Shown here piece after piece: positions 61,481 to 64,000 of a stretch of DNA of 64,000 nt. Location: positions 1-64,000 of the forward strand of contig JAOZFT010000015.1 in assembly GCA_027492035.1 (NCBI GenBank), read 5' to 3'. A program made the translations under genes and the position numbers. This stretch comes from Thermoproteota archaeon. GTDB lineage: Archaea > Korarchaeota > JAOZGF01 > JAOZFZ01. Numbering within the stretch: the stretch's first letter is position 1; every line of letters begins with the position of its first letter. The notes below the pieces were generated by a model that saw only the letters and a program-made list of their open reading frames with translations, made no database searches and was not told the DNA's origin.

Positions 61481-62310
61481 TTAAACTATGTTTTCCATGC
61501 CTTTAAGGTCATAGAGAATTAAGTTCAGGTTTTCAATTTTTATTTTTTCTTTTCCTTGGATTTCTCTTGTTATTAAGCAATAGGTTTTCTCTTTTATTTC
61601 AATTTCTTCAGCTTTGGCTTTAAGTTTTTTCAGGATTCTTATTGTTTCTAACGGTTTCAGGACCCCTCATTTTACCTCTGCCAATATTGCTTTATCTTTG
61701 GATTTGTTAATGGCTAACAAATTTATTTCAGCAGGATTTCCTCTTTTTGTTTTCCACCATTACCCCCAATCTTGGTTATTGTGAAAGATAGATTCCTGTT
61801 CTCTAAAAGAAACTTTTTTAGCTACTTCCTTGAAAATCTGTCTCATATAATGCGAGTATCCCCTCTTAATATTCTTTAAAAGGCCCCCTCCCCTATTAAG
61901 TCCTTATTTGGATAATGTAACGGAACCAGAAATTGAAGTAATTATCTTTGAGTTTGTAGAGCCTTTTCTTAGCGACTGGTTTTTCTAGAACAGGGGTTTC
62001 ATAAGAAACTATCTCTAAGGTTCGGAGTGTTTCTAGATAACGTGTAACAGCAGCTCTGTCCAGGCCTGTTGTTTCAGCTATTTCATTCACTTTTCTTCAG
62101 CCTTCAGCCACAGCCTTAAATATCAACTTGTAATTCCTTGTTTCCCTTAACTCTTGTCTGAGAAGATTTTCAGCTTCTTCATACGGCTCCCCTCAAGAGA
62201 AGCCTATCTACATTCTCCCAAAATGTGAGATTTGGTTTTAACTTAACTAAATATGCAGATATTCCCCCCATGGAACCGTATACACGCAAAAACATCTGAG
62301 TAACTATATC
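61481..62310 (-). pseudogene. Degraded archaeal ATPase with DUF234/PD-(D/E)XK-like C-terminus
   Basis: Fragments YGSMGGISAYL, YEEAENLLRQELRE.RNY, YKLKDNYFNFWFRYI, EINLLA..ILAEVK* are interrupted by stops and frameshifts; N-terminal Walker A not found. Boundaries approximate. Confidence 0.75.
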
Positions 62311-62582
62311 CAAGCACAAATTCCCTTGTAGCTTACGTTGTTCTTGTCTTGATTTTCTTCTTCATCCACCAATTTACGTAACATGTGTCACGATAATTAT
62401 TTTAAACTATTTTACTAAATTATTAACAGTATTAGCGAGAAAAGGTAAGTAAAAGAAATGAAAAGGTTTGATAGAGGATGGGTCGTAATTATTTAAAGGA
62501 TTTTTTTAAAATAAATTTTTTAAATCTAAATGGAGGATTGCGTCCTTAATTTTTCAGAAAAAGTGTTGTAGAGGTTTTTAAA

Positions 62583-63113
62583 TTGAAAAAGTTGAAAGGG
62601 AGAAGGATGGTTTTTCTCGTTGCAGACCTAACCTATGATGATGAATTATTTTTTCCTTATTACTGGCTGAAATGGGAAGGAGCGGAAACTGAAATTTCTG
62701 GACTTTCAGAAACCCACATCTCAAGGTTTGGCCGTGAAATAAAAACAGATTTGTTAGTTAACCAGTTAAAACCTGAAAATTATGATGCAGTAATCATTCC
62801 AGGTGGTTTCGGCCCTGATAAACTAAGAACAAACAAATTTGTGCTTCGATTCGTTAAGTCAATGTTTGAAATGAGGAAGCTGGTGGCTGCAATTTGCCAC
62901 GGTCCACAAGTTCTTATTTCTGCAGGAATAATTAAAAACAAAACCTTGACTTGCCTAGATAGAATTGCAGTGGATGTGGTGAATGCAGGAGGAAAATACG
63001 TTAATAAAGAAGTTGTTAGAGACGGAAATTTAATTACTTCAAGAAATCCTTACGACTTACCAGCTTTCACAACGGCTATAATTGAGTTTTTTATAAGGGA
63101 AAAGGAACCTTAA
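62583..63113 (+). CDS. pfpI: PfpI/DJ-1 family protease/deglycase
   Basis: DDE, IIPGGFGPDKLR, AAICHGP nucleophile elbow, DGNLITSR. Confidence 0.9.
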   Translation: MKKLKGRRMVFLVADLTYDDELFFPYYWLKWEGAETEISGLSETHISRFGREIKTDLLVNQLKPENYDAVIIPGGFGPDKLRTNKFVLRFVKSMFEMRKLVAAICHGPQVLISAGIIKNKTLTCLDRIAVDVVNAGGKYVNKEVVRDGNLITSRNPYDLPAFTTAIIEFFIREKEP

Positions 63114-63136
63114 AAGTTTAATTTTGGGGACTTTCC

Positions 63137-64000
63137 TTGTTTATTGAATTTAAAAAAATCAAAATCTACTCTGACTCAGTTAAAACACTCTACTTTACAG
63201 TGGAGAGCTTAACTAGGTTAATGAGGAAAGTGCCTGAACTGAAAAAACTTGAAAACCTGATCCTGTACGTTGGAAACCCAAGAAACATGCTTCATGATTT
63301 AAGGAAAGAATTGTCGAGTAAGGGTTTAAATCTGCTGCAGCAAGAGCTGGAAATTAGAGGGCTAAGTTTAAGTTTTAGAGATAAGGAAAATGAAATTGTG
63401 TTGGTAAACCTTGAAGATGCAACATTAACTGGTGCAGAAGGTTCAAAAGAATCATGGATGAAATCCTTCACCGGAGTTTTAGCCCATGAAATAATTCATT
63501 CAATCCAAAGAGAACTGGGTTTTGAAGAACTTATGAACAAGGCTTTAGAGGAGACGTATTACATTCTTGAAGAAATAATGGAAAGTGAAAAATTGAAAAC
63601 TCCTGAGTTTAAAAAATCTTTTCTAGAGTTCGTTAAAACAGCTTTGCTTTCACTTAAAGATTTAGCAGTAAACACTTACATGATTGACTGCAGTTTAAAG
63701 GATGAATGCTTAGCTTATCAATTTGAAGATTTCAAAAAGGGGAAAGGTGAACTAAAACCACAATTTTACGACTTTAAACCTGGAAAGAAACCTAAAAAGG
63801 AGGAAATACTGAAAATCCTGGAGGCTCTTGAATTCGAAATAATGCTTTTACCCTCTTGGCTTCCCTTCTCTATAGAAGCATCATCCTACGCTGAAAAACT
63901 ACTTCAAACCCTAAATCTATACTACAGATCATCAACAAAAAACATAGCTTTACAGATGGGTTTCATAGAGCCATTTTACCTCTATAGTTTCTCTTATAGT
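63137..64000 (+). CDS. Hypothetical HExxH (zincin-like) protein, truncated by window end
   Basis: Frame open from TTG 63137 (ATG 63221) to the window end; GVLAHEIIHSIQ at ~63473-63508. Confidence 0.65.
   Translation, partial: MFIEFKKIKIYSDSVKTLYFTVESLTRLMRKVPELKKLENLILYVGNPRNMLHDLRKELSSKGLNLLQQELEIRGLSLSFRDKENEIVLVNLEDATLTGAEGSKESWMKSFTGVLAHEIIHSIQRELGFEELMNKALEETYYILEEIMESEKLKTPEFKKSFLEFVKTALLSLKDLAVNTYMIDCSLKDECLAYQFEDFKKGKGELKPQFYDFKPGKKPKKEEILKILEALEFEIMLLPSWLPFSIEASSYAEKLLQTLNLYYRSSTKNIALQMGFIEPFYLYSFSYS

Noticed and set aside
61481-62310. Selenocysteine or TGA read-through in the ATPase fragments
   Set aside because: The stops are accompanied by frameshifts and loss of the N-terminus, which indicates pseudogene decay.

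Overview
AT-rich archaeal chromosomal window. Archaeal origin is inferred from Cdc48, an HSR1/Phr-type regulator, tungsten AOR, IorAB, stand-alone MtrH and GGAGG/GGTG ribosome-binding sites; the gene content resembles anaerobic TACK lineages such as Bathyarchaeia or Brockarchaeota, but the taxon cannot be fixed from this sequence. The first ~18 kb is mostly housekeeping: an SMC-like ATPase start, a decayed IS200/IS605 tnpB remnant, an SF2 helicase, a heat-shock module (regulator <- operator -> cdc48-hsp20), a family-4 UDG and membrane proteins. From ~18.5 to ~61.2 kb lies a ~43-kb catabolic island for N-methylated amino acids/betaines. It has three pyrrolysine-free MttB-superfamily methyltransferases, one pyrrolysine-free MtmB homologue with a remodelled active site, two corrinoid proteins and one MtrH/MtgA-type methyl-acceptor enzyme. 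These are interleaved with a Liv-type ABC importer, proline racemase, two dye-linked L-proline dehydrogenase homologues, an OCD/mu-crystallin enzyme, AOR, a LarA-type racemase, an Ord-like/IorAB/AbfD/aminotransferase operon, a CoA-transferase plus thiolase/pseudo-HMGS/DUF35 operon and a MoxR-VWA fusion. No mcr, pyl, rRNA, tRNA or CRISPR was seen. Family calls come from recognised motifs, not database searches, and all pathway assignments are inference.
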